Of a stretch of DNA of 64,000 bases, positions 37,526 to 50,885 are shown piece by piece (positions within the stretch are counted from its first letter, which is position 1; each line of letters begins with the position of its first letter). A model generated the notes under the pieces. That model made no database searches and had not been told where the DNA came from. It was given only the letters and a program-made list of their open reading frames with translations. This DNA is from Octopus sinensis (lineage: Eukaryota). The stretch covers positions 200,942,001 through 201,006,000 of the forward strand of contig NC_042997.1 in the NCBI RefSeq assembly GCF_006345805.1. Reading direction: 5' to 3'. The position numbers and the translations under genes are program-made.

Positions 37526-38337
37526 AGTCCAAACACTTGAATGTATGCTGACGGATTGTTTTATTCCGTTTGCCCTCAGACGTTGATTTCTGTAGTTATT
37601 ATAAGTAAATTTTCGATGATTTAAATAAGAGTTTTGACTGTTATTTCCAGCAGGTAGACATACTTACTATGTCCTTTGATTAATTTTAATCCTTCAGCTA
37701 TTTAGTGCTTTCTTTGCCTGCAATCGCCTATATTATTGGTTCTGTTATTATCATTTTTAATTGTTATGCTTGATAATAATAGAGTCAATAATATCATCAC
37801 AAATATTTTCTCCTCAGTTATTTGCTCCATATTAAAATTATTTCCTCACTGATGGCTGCCACGATTCAGTGCAAAATGAATCATTTGTAGCACAGACTTC
37901 AACATGATGGGTTGGGCCTTTCCATCATGGTAACACATGCTGAGTTATCATCTGGATTGTATCAGAATGCTCATAAGTTACTGGCCTCGATTTCAAATCC
38001 CTATTTCTTTACATTTTGTATATATGTGGCAGAGCATGGCTTAGTGGTTAAGGTGTTGCAGTCATGATTGCGAGATTGTGAGTTTGATTCCCAGACCAGG
38101 CATTGTGTTGTGTTCCTCAGCAAAGCATTTCGTTTCACAATGCTCTGCAATCATTTCAACAACTGACATGTGACACCTGTTGCACTTCTGATGGAGAGAG
38201 GGAGCTTATAACTACACAAATATTTGATCACTATAAACAATTCATCTGTGTAGTTGTTCGATAATAAATTTTCGATACCTCATACGTCATCTAACGATGG
38301 GAGAGTCCATCATGTATATATATATATATATATATAT

Positions 38338-38405
<68 letters not shown>

Positions 38406-38562
38406 GTAGGTTACAAGAGGTAATGGTGTCAGTAAGACCCAAATGTGTCAGGTAATGCTGAGTAAGTGCTATGGACAGACAATAGTTAAGCTCCAGGTTT
38501 GGTGATTATGTGAATAAGGAGTCCAACGTAGGTCATATATCAGCGTGTATATAAATAAAAAC

Positions 38563-39170
38563 TTTTTTCAGAATAAGATGAAAAAAACCAAGGGTGTGAA
38601 GATTTTAGAACATTTATAAATAGAAGGTCTTACAGCTGTTTCCAGGATATAAATGGTTAAGCAATAGTTAATTTAGATAAGATACGATATCCTTGCATAT
38701 CTCACATCTATTTTCGTTCCTCGACTTCACTCTCTATTTCATATCTCTCTATATATAAACGGCAGTTTGTCTGTGTGTCTATTAGGTTGTACCCTCACCC
38801 TGACCACGGCTTTCAACCGATTCTGATGAAACTTGATACACACATCAAAACTCGACCTTTTTAACTCTCAAAAAAAACTCGACCTTTTTAACTCTCAAAA
38901 AAAATTTACCATAATTTTTTTTCCATTTTTTTTGCTATTTTTTGGCTATAACTCTCTAAAAATGCTTTATAGTTATTTCCCTTACAAACCCGAGCAACGC
39001 CGGGTGATACTGCTAGTCTTATCTAAATTAACCATCGCTTAACCATTTTCTCAAACCCTCTCCAATGAAGGGTTATATAATAAATATCCTGGAAACAGCT
39101 GTAAGACCTTATATTTATGAATGTTCAAAAATCTTCACAGCCTTGGTTTTTTAATCTTATTCTGAAAAAA
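38563..39170. repeat. Inverted arms (38563-38682 and 39017-39170) of an HHR-bearing repeat
   Basis: ggtcttacagctgtttccaggatat versus atatcctggaaacagctgtaagacc. Confidence 0.75.
38744..39016 (+). mobile_element. Non-autonomous Helitron
   Basis: A|TCtctctatatataaa ... cccgagcaacgccggg ... CTAG|T. Confidence 0.8.
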
Positions 39171-40521
39171 AATTTATATATATATATATATAAATTATTT
39201 AAAGGTCACAATACATGTATTAAAGTGCTACTAATAGTTTCATATGTTGAGAGTTCTCAAACATATCCTTCAGGCACAATACATTTGAGTTTTCTCCATA
39301 TATGAAACTTTAATACATGTATTGTGTCCTTTAAATAATAATATTTATCTCTCACCAAATGGAGTACTTTTTTTGGTTGAATTTTCTATCATGGAACAGT
39401 ACACCCAATACACTCTTGAAGTGATTGGTGTTAGGAAGGGCATCCAGCCATAGAAATCTTGCTAAAGTAGATTGGAGCCAAGTTCTCAGTCAAACCGTCC
39501 AACCCATGCTAGCATGGAAAGCAGACATTGAATGACGATGATGATGATGATGATGATGATATATTTTAATGTAAGTATATGTATGTATGTATGTATGTAT
39601 GTATCTATCTATCTATCTATCTCTCTATCTATTTCTCTATATATATGTATGTATGTACGTATGTATGTATGTATATCTTTTTATGCATATACGTATATGT
39701 ATATTTGTATGTGTATGCATACACATGCACACACACACACACATATATATTTTTACATATGTATGTGTGTGAATGTGTGTACTCTTGCCTTGACATCATG
39801 CGATGTCATAAAGGAGCATCACTCGCATACAAACAATGTTGCTCATTTCTAGTCTTCCATGAAGAAAAGAACATGCTTGGCTATAGAAAATCTGCCCCAA
39901 TGATGACAACAACGATGATGACGATGACGATGATATTAAAATTCTAAATAGGTTTCATGTTATAGGAATTCAAACTATTAAATTGGTTTAAATGAGATTT
40001 GGCTGCTATTTCTAGGAGATCAATTAACAGACATATAAAGGCTACCATTGTTGATTTTGTCGATCAGGCTTCATGGCAATATTTGAATATGCTTCTAGGC
40101 GGGGCACTTGCTTTATTTAACATTTCCTTGCTTCACCATGCTGTCAGGATTGATTCCACACAATTTGAATACAATACTAAAGGCTAACAAAGTAACAGGT
40201 TAAAGATATTCCTGCAATTATATTGAGAACATCAAAGAGACGAAAGCTGATAGCATCAATATTATCAAAGGTCTTTTCCACTATTTAGCATGATAAGCTT
40301 CTAGCGAGTCTGCCAGCCTATGGACTTAAATATTTTGATAACCATTCAAATTGGAGTCTTTCTAACAGGCTGCTGTTGCATAGTTGTAGTTTAGAAACTT
40401 CTCTTTCTATGCTCTAATGTATCAACTATAGCCGCCACCTCCACCACCACCACCACCACCACCACCACCACTACCACCACTCCCAGCCACTTCATTTACT
40501 CTTACCATCACTCACTATAGG

Positions 40522-40820
40522 TGGAGGTACATGACCTAGTGGTTACAGCAGCGGACTCACGGTCGAGGGATCGTGGGTTCGAATCTCAGACTGGGCGATG
40601 TGTGTGTTTATGAGCGAAACACCTAAGCTCAACGCAGCTCCGGTAGAAGGTAATGGCGAACTTCTGCTGACTCTTTCACCACAACTTTTTCTCACTCTTT
40701 CCTCCTGCATCTTGCAGCTCACTTGCGACGGACCGGCGTCCTGTCTAGGTGGGGAACCTATACGCCAAGGAAACTGGGAAACCGGCCCTTATGAGCCAGG
40801 CATGGCTCGAGAAGGAACAC
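40522..40820 (+). mobile_element. tRNA-derived SINE of a distinct family
   Basis: A box tgacctagtgg, B box ggttcgaatc, CpG-rich body. Older tRNA-headed SINEs also at ~19925-20240 and ~38030-38310. Confidence 0.65.
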
Positions 40821-41084
40821 ACACTCACTATAGCCATATCTTCCCCATCTCTAAGCATCTCCTCTCACACTCTCATGAAACATCCGCCTGTATCCTCTCT
40901 GTGTCACTTGTACTTCTCTGTTGATAGACCCCAATACATCTCCAACACCATCTATTTTTCTCTCTGTTACTCTGACTTCTTCTATATTCTTCTTTAACTC
41001 TCTCTCTCTCCTTCCTCTCTTTCCTTGTCCTACTGGGATAGTCAAGTATCTCCTGTCCCTTTATTATACCTTACTTCTATTATG

Positions 41085-41240
41085 CCATCAGACAACCATA
41101 GACAAAGAACACCACTGGAAAATACGAAAACTAAAAGAAGCAGCACATATGGTAGGACACAACACCCTCCTAAGCAGACCGAGTGCAGATATGGGCAGCA
41201 GGTGGGAACCGGTATTAAGGAAGGATAGAAAAATATTAGA
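41085..41240 (+). mobile_element. PLE GIY-YIG C-terminal fragment
   Basis: IDKEHHWKIRKLKEAAHM...LSR..WEPVL fits the ExxWxxRxxKEA motif. Confidence 0.55.
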
Positions 41241-41524
41241 TTTATAAGCATTAAAATTCACTCCATTAAGGCGGCGAGCTGGCAGAAACGTTAGCATGCT
41301 GGGCGAAATGCTTAGCAGTATTTTGCCTGCTGCTACATTCTGAGTTCAAATTCCGCTGAGGTCAACTTTCCCTTTCATCCTTTCGGGTTCGATAAATTAA
41401 ACACCAGTTATGCACTGGGGTCAGTGTAATCGACTTAATCCCTTTGTCTGTCCTTGTTTGTCCTCTCTGTGTTTAGCCCCTTGTGGGTAGTAAAGAAATA
41501 AACCTCACTCCATAATTGCCTATG

Positions 41525-41676
41525 GGCATATGGCATAGTGGTTAAGAGCACAGGCTACTAACTCCAAAATTCCAAGTTCGATTCCAAGCAGTGATCTGAA
41601 CAATAATAATAATAATAATAACATTGAAAAATACCTTAAGAATGAGAACCCAGGTTCGAAATTTCCCCAAGACACC
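41525..41676 (+). mobile_element. SINE family B, ending at the start of the HHR
   Basis: A box TGGCATAGTGG, B box GTTCGATTCC, (AAT)n, then ...ccccaagacacc. Confidence 0.8.
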
Positions 41677-42242
41677 GAAATTTCTTCACACAACTTGATT
41701 AGCAATTCAATATGAGCTATATGTAGACATGCACAAATTCTGTAAGTTTAAGACCTTTCATCGGATCTCCAGGAATCGAACTTTCTTCAATGCAGTTAAT
41801 CTTACACCCTCTTTTGTATCTACCCCTTTTGATGTTTGGGAATTCTCTGATGTTTTTTCGGCTGACGAGTACGAGCCACCTGTATTTACTGCATTTTTTG
41901 TAGCTTATTAAAGATGTCCTCGTACGAAACAATTGTACCGAGATTTTAAATCCATTCTTGTTGCTTTTTTTCCTATATATATATATATATGTATATATAT
42001 GCATATGTATATATAAGTGTTATAATATCCTTATATATATATATATATGTATATAGGATTATGGGCAAATACCTGTTTTCCATTGTCAGCATAATACAAC
42101 CAGATGTATATAATTATAAACAATTCTATATACCACTGAAACACAAAGTATTCACACCACATATATAACTGTTCATACTTATACACAAATTAAACTCAAA
42201 AAACCTAGTTTGTTTATCTCAGCCATGTGTGAAAAACCAAAA

Positions 42243-42285
<43 letters not shown>

Positions 42286-42338
42286 GCACACACATATTCA
42301 CTCACACACATACACACAATGGCGTATAAAGATACATA

Positions 42339-42374
<36 letters not shown>

Positions 42375-42473
42375 TATATAATATATATATATATATATAC
42401 ACACACACGCACACACATATTCACTCACACACATACACACAATGGCGTATAAAGATACATATACATACATACA

Positions 42474-42532
<59 letters not shown>

Positions 42533-43484
42533 TTATAAATCTTGAAGTATGCTTGCACCAATGAGTAAAGAGTGCATACCACTGCACTGATTATGAAATC
42601 ACTGGTGATCTGCAGCTGAATTCTGTTTTTAAATGACTTGCTTCGAGACTTGCTTTTGGTACAATATGTTTATTATTTTAGTAGTTTTTACTTTAAGAGT
42701 CCCTCCTAGCGTGTGGCATTTATGTGTAATAATGCCCTCTATATAATATAAATAAATATATTTAAGTGGAAAAAAAATTGATGGATTTTTTCTCTAATGA
42801 GGTTTTACAGGCTAACTACTTGATAAATTCTTATAAAGATTTTATCCTATTTTTAAATTATACATATATATATTTTATCTGATATTAAACTTTTTAATAC
42901 TGTTTGTGGTTTTACTTTTTATCTTATATTAAACTTTTTAATACTTTTTGATAGTAATATATGTTTAGTAAAAAATAAATAAATAAATAGATAAAAAAAT
43001 ATATAAATATAAAAATCAATAATTTAAAATTTTTAACTTTAAATTTAAATAATCTAAATTTTGAATGTTATATTTTATATATTTTGTATATTATATTAAT
43101 TATTTTTATTTCTATGTTTTGGTTTATGTTTTTCACTGTTTGATTTGCCTAATAGCGGTTTTATCTCTGATTTAATTTATATATATACATATTTATGTGG
43201 ATAAATTTATGTATTTGCTTTTGATGGCTGGACAAATAAAATATCATCTGATACCTCTAAGTAGCATTTGGATGTGACCTGAAATGGATTACCCCTGTTT
43301 ATATGTTTCAATTACTCATGTAACGGACAATCTGGTTAACAAACTGTGCCCTGGAATGGATTATGTTCGTATAAAAAGACCACATTGTATTCGTCTTGCA
43401 TAAACAATAATTTCATGTAATTTTCGAATAATCATATTCCTTACTCAGCACAACATTGCATATCTCAAGCACCTACCTCATACC

Positions 43485-43896
43485 TATTTCTTTACTACCC
43501 ACAAGGGGCTAAATACAGAGTGGACAAACAAGGACAGACATAGGTATTAAGTCGATTACATCGTCCCCAGTGCGTAACTGGTACTTAATTAATCGACCCC
43601 GAAAGGATAAAAGGCAAAGTCGACCTCGGTGGAATTTAAACTCAGAGTGTAGCGGCAGACGAAATACCTATTTCTTTATTACCCACAAGGGGCTAAACAC
43701 AGAGTGGACAAACAAGGACAGACATAGGTATTAAGTCGATTACATCGACCCCAGTGCATAACTGGTACTTAATTAATCGACCCCGAAAGGATGAAAGGCA
43801 AAGTCGACCTCGGCGGAATTTGAACTCAGAACGTAACGGCAGAGGAAATACGGCTACGCAATTCGTCCGACGTGCTAACGTTTCTGCCAGCTCGCC
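43485..43896 (-). mobile_element. SINE family M dimer with TSD
   Basis: Two units with junction gaaatacc|tatttc; acctcatacc at 43475-43484 and 43897-43906. Confidence 0.85.
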
Positions 43897-44359
43897 ACCT
43901 CATACCCTATGTGCTCACAAGATCTTTGAGAAAGAGCAACAAAATCTTCAAATTACACGTCCTACTTTCTTAAATAATGTTTACAGAATGTCTTTCAGCA
44001 TTGTCCTTATTCGTCAATCCTTATTTGGAGCTAATTAACATCACTTACCATAAATTTGTACAGATTTTAAATTAAAAGACAACGCTTTGAATATCGTTGA
44101 TTGTCTGAAACATTATTGAATAGTTACATTTATACTTCACGAAGAAGTATGGCATCCCTTTCTTCACAGTGAAAATCTGCCATTTCATGATGTATCGATG
44201 ATGAATTAAAATTTGCAAAAATCTATTATTCATGTTCAAGAATCGATCGACATTAACCAATGATTATAATAAAATTTCTGTGGTTTTATCAAATTAATAA
44301 ACTATCAAGCTCTTGCATCGAATGATACTAACCTACCAAATCTGAATTTAATTATTATT

Positions 44360-44777
44360 CTTACTCTTTTACTCTTTTACTCTTTTACTTGTTTCAGTCA
44401 TTTGACTGCGGTCATGCTGGAGCACCGCCTTTAGTCGAGCAAACCGACCCCAGGACTTATTCTTTGTAAGCCCAGTACTTATTCTATCGGTCTCTTTTGC
44501 TGAACCGCTAAGTGACGGGGACGTAAACACCAGCATCGGTTGTCAAGCAATGCTAGAGGGACAAACACAGACACACAAACATACACACACACACATATAT
44601 ATATACATAGATGTAACAGGTTTCTTTCAGTTTCCATCTACCAAATCCACTCACAAGGCATTGGTCGGCCTGGGGCTATAGCAGAAGACATTTGCCCAAG
44701 ATGCCATGCAGTGGGACTGAACCCAGAACCATGTGGCTGGTTAGCAAGCTACTTACCACACAGCCACTCCTGCGCCT
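44360..44777 (-). mobile_element. SINE family A
   Basis: Consensus match. Confidence 0.9.
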
Positions 44778-45239
44778 ATTCGTCACAATAAATCGACTTA
44801 TTATGTATGGATTTTGGGAAACCTTTGTCTCTTCAATATTTGTAACTTCACCATACGATAACGTGAATGCTGTGGGTTTAAGTTCCAAACTGGACAAGTA
44901 ATCCAATGTAAGTCAGTGAGTTGACAAAATCATTAGAGCATTGGAACAAAATGTTTTATGGTATTTACTCTGGCTCTATATGTTCTGAGTTCAATCCCAC
45001 CTTGGTCAACTTTGACTTTTCGTTCCTCCGTGAGGGTACCAGTCAAATACTGGTGTCGATGTAATCAATTAACTCCTCCCTCTAAAATTTAGGGTGCCAT
45101 GGCAATTAGACAGAATTATTATTATTGTTATGTTTGTTGTAATCACTTGCCGAGGCACACATAGTGCCCCAGGGCAAGTGAAAGACAAGAGATGTTACAG
45201 TATAATTAAAAGCTCAGGGAGGGGACATGGCAGGGGCAG

Positions 45240-45905
45240 TAGTGAAATATCTCCATGTAATAAAAGACAGACATCTAAAGTGATAGGGTTTTTTTTAAGA
45301 ATGTAAGCAGTCCTTGTCACCAGAATCTTTTAGATTTCTCTGAGACATGGTTCTCCTGGGATGCTGTCTAGATGTTTCTGGCATCGTTGTTTTTTTGTTG
45401 TCCCAGAGAGTTTGTCGGTGAATTTGTTCAATCCTTTTCCCATGAACCCTGGAACACCAATAGGTATTACTTCGATGTCTTTTGTCCATATTCAGTTTAT
45501 TTCTATCTCTAAGTCTTTGTACTTTGATAATTTGTTGGTAACTTTCGTGGATTTATTTCTCTCTGGTGGTACTGTCACATCTCTTATTAGGCAACCCTTG
45601 TCCTTCCCATCCCTGATAATGATGTCTGGACAGTTTGCTGATACTTCCTGGTTTGTATGAATAGACATATAGCATAGTTTGGTGGCATTCTTATTTTTCC
45701 AGTTGATGTTCACACCATTCCTTGATGAGTTTGGTATTATGTTCCAGTCGATGTATGCTGATGTCTTGTAGTGAGGATAGATGTATTCTGCCTTAGAAAG
45801 TTCCTGGCAGCCAGAGACAAGGTGGTTAATTGTTTCTTTGGGCCTGCTGCATATCCTGCATTGGATGGGGTTGTTACAGTTCTTTATTATTCTGCGTTGG
45901 CAAGA
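45240..45905 (-). mobile_element. R4/Dong-type LINE 3' part (CCHC + RLE)
   Basis: CRICSRPKETINHLVSGC...ANCPDIII...DVTVP...KLSKYKDLEIEI. Confidence 0.85.
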
Positions 45906-45959
45906 CTTTATTGAAAGGGGAAAGAAAACAGAAAGCAATACATGAAGAATTGTCACAAA

Positions 45960-46595
45960 TCACAAAAGGTGACAGCATTAATTACCAAACTGAAAAGATA
46001 TGATGCTGGATGTAAAAGCTTTGAACAGAAGAGACTGTTCCAATCAGAGAGAAGACATCTTTCGAGGAAAATATTGGGGGATTGTAGAACAGGCCAGTGA
46101 GACACAAAGAAAGTGCAGAGTGGCTAACACAGGCGGGAAAATAACTTGCTACAGCACAAAAGACAAAAGGCTGTCAGAATCGATCTGTATACAATGAGAC
46201 TGAGGTTTAAGAAATAGCAAATTTGAAAGGATTTGGCCCGAAGGGAGTACAAGGTTACTAGCTGAAGAACTTCATACAGTTACATGAAAGCATTGCTGTG
46301 CAACTAGATGAATACCTGTAACATGGTCAGGTCCCTACCTGGATGACAAGTGGACGTACGCTGTTATGTTTAGGAAGTAACAATCCACTTCCAGACGAGC
46401 ACAAAGGATGCAGCAAACAAAGTATGGCAGCAAAAGATCAACCACTTATTAATTGAAAAAATGATAATTAGAAATTATAGACACAGATTGACGGTACTGA
46501 ATGAAGCATGGCTAGATTACAAAAAAGAATATAACATGATACCAAACAGTTGGATAAGTAAAACAATGAACATGTTTGGAGTGGCAGATAATATG
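45960..46595 (+). mobile_element. R4/Dong-type LINE RT N-terminal part, degenerate, inverted relative to the 3' part
   Basis: GPKGVQGY*LKNF..LHESIA..VPTWMTSGRT; EHKGC..KDQ; AWLDYKKEYNMIPNSWI. Confidence 0.75.
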
Positions 46596-47004
46596 CTCTT
46601 TTACTCTTTTACTTGTTTCAGTCATTTTGAATGTGGCCATGCTGGAGCACCGCCTTTAGTCGAACAAATCGACCCCAGGACTTATTCTTTGTAAGCCTAG
46701 TATTTATTCTATTGGTCTCTTTTGCCGAACTGTTAAGTTACAGGGATGTAAACACACCAGCATCGGTTGTCAAGCGATGTTGGGGGAACAAACAGACACA
46801 CAAACATATACACACACATACATATACATATATACATATATATACATATATACATATACATATATACGACAGGCTTCTTTCAGTTTCCATCTATGAAGTA
46901 GACTGACATGTAATTTTTGAACCTGTGAAAGGCACACTAGATGCTGAAATATCATTAAACCAATTTCACATGTTAACTATGGCACTCTTCTATTTATTTC
47001 TTCA

Positions 47005-47177
47005 TAATAATAATAATAATAACATCGAAAAAACCACGTTCGAAAAATACCCAGGTTCGAAATTTCCCCAAGACACCTGATGAAGGCTGGAGGGTATATC
47101 AGCCGAAACATTGTGTTAACAACAAACAAGATGAGGAGAAATATCTATCAAATGTAAATAATGTAAATAATGTAAAT
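47005..47177 (+). mobile_element. SINE family B 3' half
   Basis: (AAT)n...ccccaagacacctgatgaagg...(tgtaaataa)n. Confidence 0.8.
47072..47117 (+). ncRNA. Minimal type I hammerhead motif in SINE B
   Basis: gacac CTGATGA a ggctg-gagggtatat-cagcc GAAA catt gtgtt. Confidence 0.75.
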
Positions 47178-47269
47178 GATGATGATGATGATGATGTTAA
47201 TAGCCCTGATAATTCAGCTGATTTGAGTATTTAAAATGAAATCAGTAATTTATATGTTAAATATCTCTA

Positions 47270-47720
47270 AGAATTTACGCCTGGCTTAGGCCGTTGCAGG
47301 AAAATATAGAACTGAGTTTGACTACCTGTAATTACCATTTTACAAAAACCAAATTAGTAAAAAAATAAGAATTGGAATGATGTATTGGAACTGATCGATT
47401 ACAATGGTGAGTCGATCGTAATTTGCGTCTGTGGTGATTTTAAAGTTACCATTAATAATAAATGAGCTGATGAAACTCACCATTAAGTGCCCAAATATGA
47501 TTAATTATCTATGAACTGAAGGGCAGAAATAATTTCAATGTAATCGATTTAAAAAATAACTGCATAAAGATGGAATTGATAGAATAATTGCAAAAATTGC
47601 TTGTGATAAATATGCCTTGAGAGTTTTAAAAGTAGCAATGAATTGGATTATGAGGTCTCTTTGTATGTTTCAACATTTTGTTGATCAAATGATATCATGG
47701 CAGGGTTTATGGCAGATAAA
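47270..47720 (+). pseudogene. Gypsy/Ty3 RT relic
   Basis: PGLGRC, VCGDFKVTIN, IDLK..MEL..KLLVINMP, MFQHFVDQMI, with stops and frameshifts. Confidence 0.65.
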
Positions 47721-48189
47721 CCCTGGAGGGAATGTTATGGAGGGAATGTTATGTTATTGGCACTACAAGTGGAAAAATATTTAGATAATATAAAAATGGT
47801 GCAGGGAGTGGCTGTGTGGTAAATAGCTTGCTTACCAACCACATGGTCCTGGGTTCAGTCCCACTGCTTGGCACATTGGGCAAGTGTCTTCTACTATAGC
47901 CTCGGTCCAACCAAAGCCTTGTGAGTGGATTTGGTAGACAGAAAATGAAAGAAGCGTGTCGTATATATATATATGTATATAATAATAAATATTAGGGAAT
48001 ACTCCAAACTTACAGGGAAAAATCAGATTTAGGATTGAATCCAATTTTATAGTAAAATATTATTTATATTAAATTAGAGACAAAACACTATTAGGTAAAT
48101 CAAACAATGAAAGACTTAGCAATACATCATATGATTAATTTATATTATTTAAATATGTAACAAAATTATTAAAAAATATAATTAATATC

Positions 48190-48250
48190 CCACTATGATC
48201 GTTTCCTGCCTGTGTTTCAAATTTTTGAGTCGCAGTCATCATTCAGGTGG
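48190..48250 (-). ncRNA. HHR-like motif in an AT-rich repeat
   Basis: Minus strand: ccac CTGAATGA tgactgcg..cacaggca g GAAA cgatca TA gtgg. Confidence 0.5.
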
Positions 48251-48778
48251 TCTTAAAATATTTCTTGGCGAGTGTTTAACCAATTGTTTGATTAACGAAT
48301 AGTGGTTTTGTCTCTAATTTAATATAAATATATGTATATATATATATATTATATATATATATATATAATAATATATGTATGTGTGTGTGTGTGTGTGTGT
48401 TGGTGTGTCTGTGTTTGTTCCCCCAACATCGTTTGACAACCGATGCTAGTGTGTTTACGTCCCCGTCAGTTAGCAGTTTGGTAAGAGAGACTGATAGAAT
48501 AAGTACCAGGCTTACAAAGAATAAGTCCTGAGGTTGATTTGCTCGACTAAAGGCGGTGCTCCAGCATGGCTGTAGTCAAATGACTGAAACAAATAAAAGA
48601 ATAAATATGTAATTTGGTAAAAATTTATGGCATTAAGAATTCATAAAAGAAAATGCAATTTTTGTTTTCACAAATTTTATCATTTTTTTTTTATTCATAA
48701 AGAATTATCTTTGTAATACCACTAGAATATCAGACAAATATTTTCCAGAAAAAGAAAATCTGAATCTATTAAAAGATT

Positions 48779-49195
48779 AGGTGCAGGAGTGGCTGTGTGG
48801 TAAGTAGTTTGCTAACCAATCACATGGTTCCGGGTTCAGTCCCACTGCGTGGCATCTTGGGCAAGTGTCTTCTGCTATAGCCCCGGGCCGACCAATGCCT
48901 TGTGAGTGGATTTGGTAGACGGAAACTGAAAGAAGCCTGTCGTATATATGTATATATATATATATATATGTGTGTGCGTATATGTTTGTGTGTCTGTGTT
49001 TGTCCCCCTAGCATTGCTTGACAACCGATGCTGGTGTGTTTATGTTCCTGTCACTTAGCGGTTCAGCAAAAGAGACCGATAGAATAAGTACTGGGCTTAC
49101 AAAGAATAAGTCCTGGGGTCGATTTGCTCGACTACAGGTGGTGCTCCAGCATGGCCGCAGTCAAATGACTGAAACAAGTAAAAGAGTAAAAGAGT
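48779..49195 (+). mobile_element. SINE family A
   Basis: Full-length consensus match. Confidence 0.9.
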
Positions 49196-49469
49196 ATTAC
49201 CATTTCTAAAATATGCAAAGGTAGCATTAATATTTGATTCAATATTTGAATATTTATTTCTTTATTGCTCGCAGGGGGCTAAACATAGAGGGGACAAACA
49301 AGGACAGACAAAGGGATTAAGTCGATTACATCGACCCCAGTGCGTAACTGGTGCTTATTTAATCAAGCCCGATTGGATGAAAGGCTTAGTCGACCTCAGC
49401 AGAATTTGAACAACTAACGAAACACTAAGAATAACCCGGAATATTTTGGCCATTGGAGAATGGTCTTAA

Positions 49470-49980
49470 ATACTTATATATAACACTGAAACCCAATTTA
49501 AATCGTGTAAATATAAACAATTTTGTAATGAAATGGGATTCAATATTTGATGTTTTCTGTATTCTGAGTTCAAATGGTGAAACAGAGCACTTAGGTTAAA
49601 CATTCATACAAAATGAATTTGAATAGCATGTCACGAAAATCACTGACGGAAGGACATTAAAATATTCATTTTTTTTCTTTTCATATCTTCTTACAGTTTT
49701 ATTCTACATCCAGATATTGGACAGGAAATCATTGGCAGAAGTGCTGCACAGCCAACAGCCAAGCACTATTATGCCATTATTACTACCACCAAACTATAAT
49801 CAAACAAAGAACAAACAAACAGTTCCAATAAATTATATGTTGGATGATTGGTATTTGTCAGAGAATATCGAAATGCAACTAAATGGATTTGTGGCAGAAT
49901 TACAAAGAAAAATCAGTTCAATGGTGTACTTGAATCAAACAAGAAGCAATGGAAACTGCACCAGATTAAGATTTGGTTCC
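49470..49980 (+). pseudogene. Gypsy integrase relic
   Basis: TQFKS..KQFC, SNGETEH, KSLAEVLHSQQPST..LLLP, VFVREYRNATKWICGRI. Confidence 0.6.
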
Positions 49981-50434
49981 AGCATTACATAACCAGCTTT
50001 GTTACCAAACAGACACATCATTGGACAAATTCAATAAGCGATTGTTGCGCGAAATCAATCCACAATCATCGTCAGTGCTATTCACAGTCAATGCCACAAT
50101 CAGCAACAAAACTACAGGGATCTATCAGGTGGTAACGATCGCCAGATCAATAATCACCATTATCAATCATTTGGATGGAAAAAATATAATTTCTGTAGAT
50201 GAGGTCAGAACAGTACTGGAGGAATATTTTCCATCACAGACATGAAGATTTTTTTAAAAATATATAATTATTGTTTCAAATTATGTATCAAAATGTATTA
50301 TTTGGCATTTAAGTGGATTTGGTTGATGGAAACTGAAAGAAGCCCAGTATACACACACACATATACATGTATATATACACACAGATATGTGTGTATACAT
50401 GTGTAAATACACACACATACACACATACATACAT

Positions 50435-50700
50435 AGTGAGAATTTACGAAAAAACAAAAGATGAAGATGGGTGTGTAAACAAGAAACTGATGTATTAGTT
50501 TAAAGCTCAGGAAGTGAGAAAGTCTTTTACATTTCAAGCCTACATTCTTTGACAGAAAGGAACACAGAAATAAACAGGGAGAAAAAATAAAAAAGGTTTA
50601 GTGGCTAGTGATCTATCACGGTGAATGGCAGACAGAGGGGTCACACAGGAAAGCTAGAAAGAAGGGGAGATAATAAAGTAGTGGTGATCCCAAAAAGTGC
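50435..50700 (-). mobile_element. Family X repeat with decayed HHR-like motif (50524-50559)
   Basis: Homologous to 3842-4085. Confidence 0.65.
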
Positions 50701-50885
50701 GCAAATGCCTAATTAATGCCTAATTGACAGTCTGGATAAACTTGGATTTTCAGAAAAATCAATCAACCTACTCACTCATTACAAACACAACCTATAAGTG
50801 GAACAATAAAAATATGAAAGGCTTTTCTCAAGTTTAAACTGTGACAATGTGTTTGTTCTCTGCATTCCAATGATGGAGCTTTGTA

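Larger units (their letters stand above)
35381..37943. repeat. ~460-bp unit in tandem, permuted and inverted copies, with an HHR-like motif
   Basis: 35381-35875 (start repeated at ~35849); 35880-36225 and 37291-37943 (1.4 units, period 460) lie in the opposite orientation. Confidence 0.85.

Noticed and set aside
41525-41590. Possible tRNA gene
   Set aside because: A/B boxes present but it continues into a SINE body; no convincing cloverleaf.
41745-41795. Possible minus-strand hammerhead (ccgatgaaagg)
   Set aside because: No properly placed GAAA or stems.
43290-44340. Possible minus-strand LTR-type RT relic
   Set aside because: Motif resemblance too faint to support.
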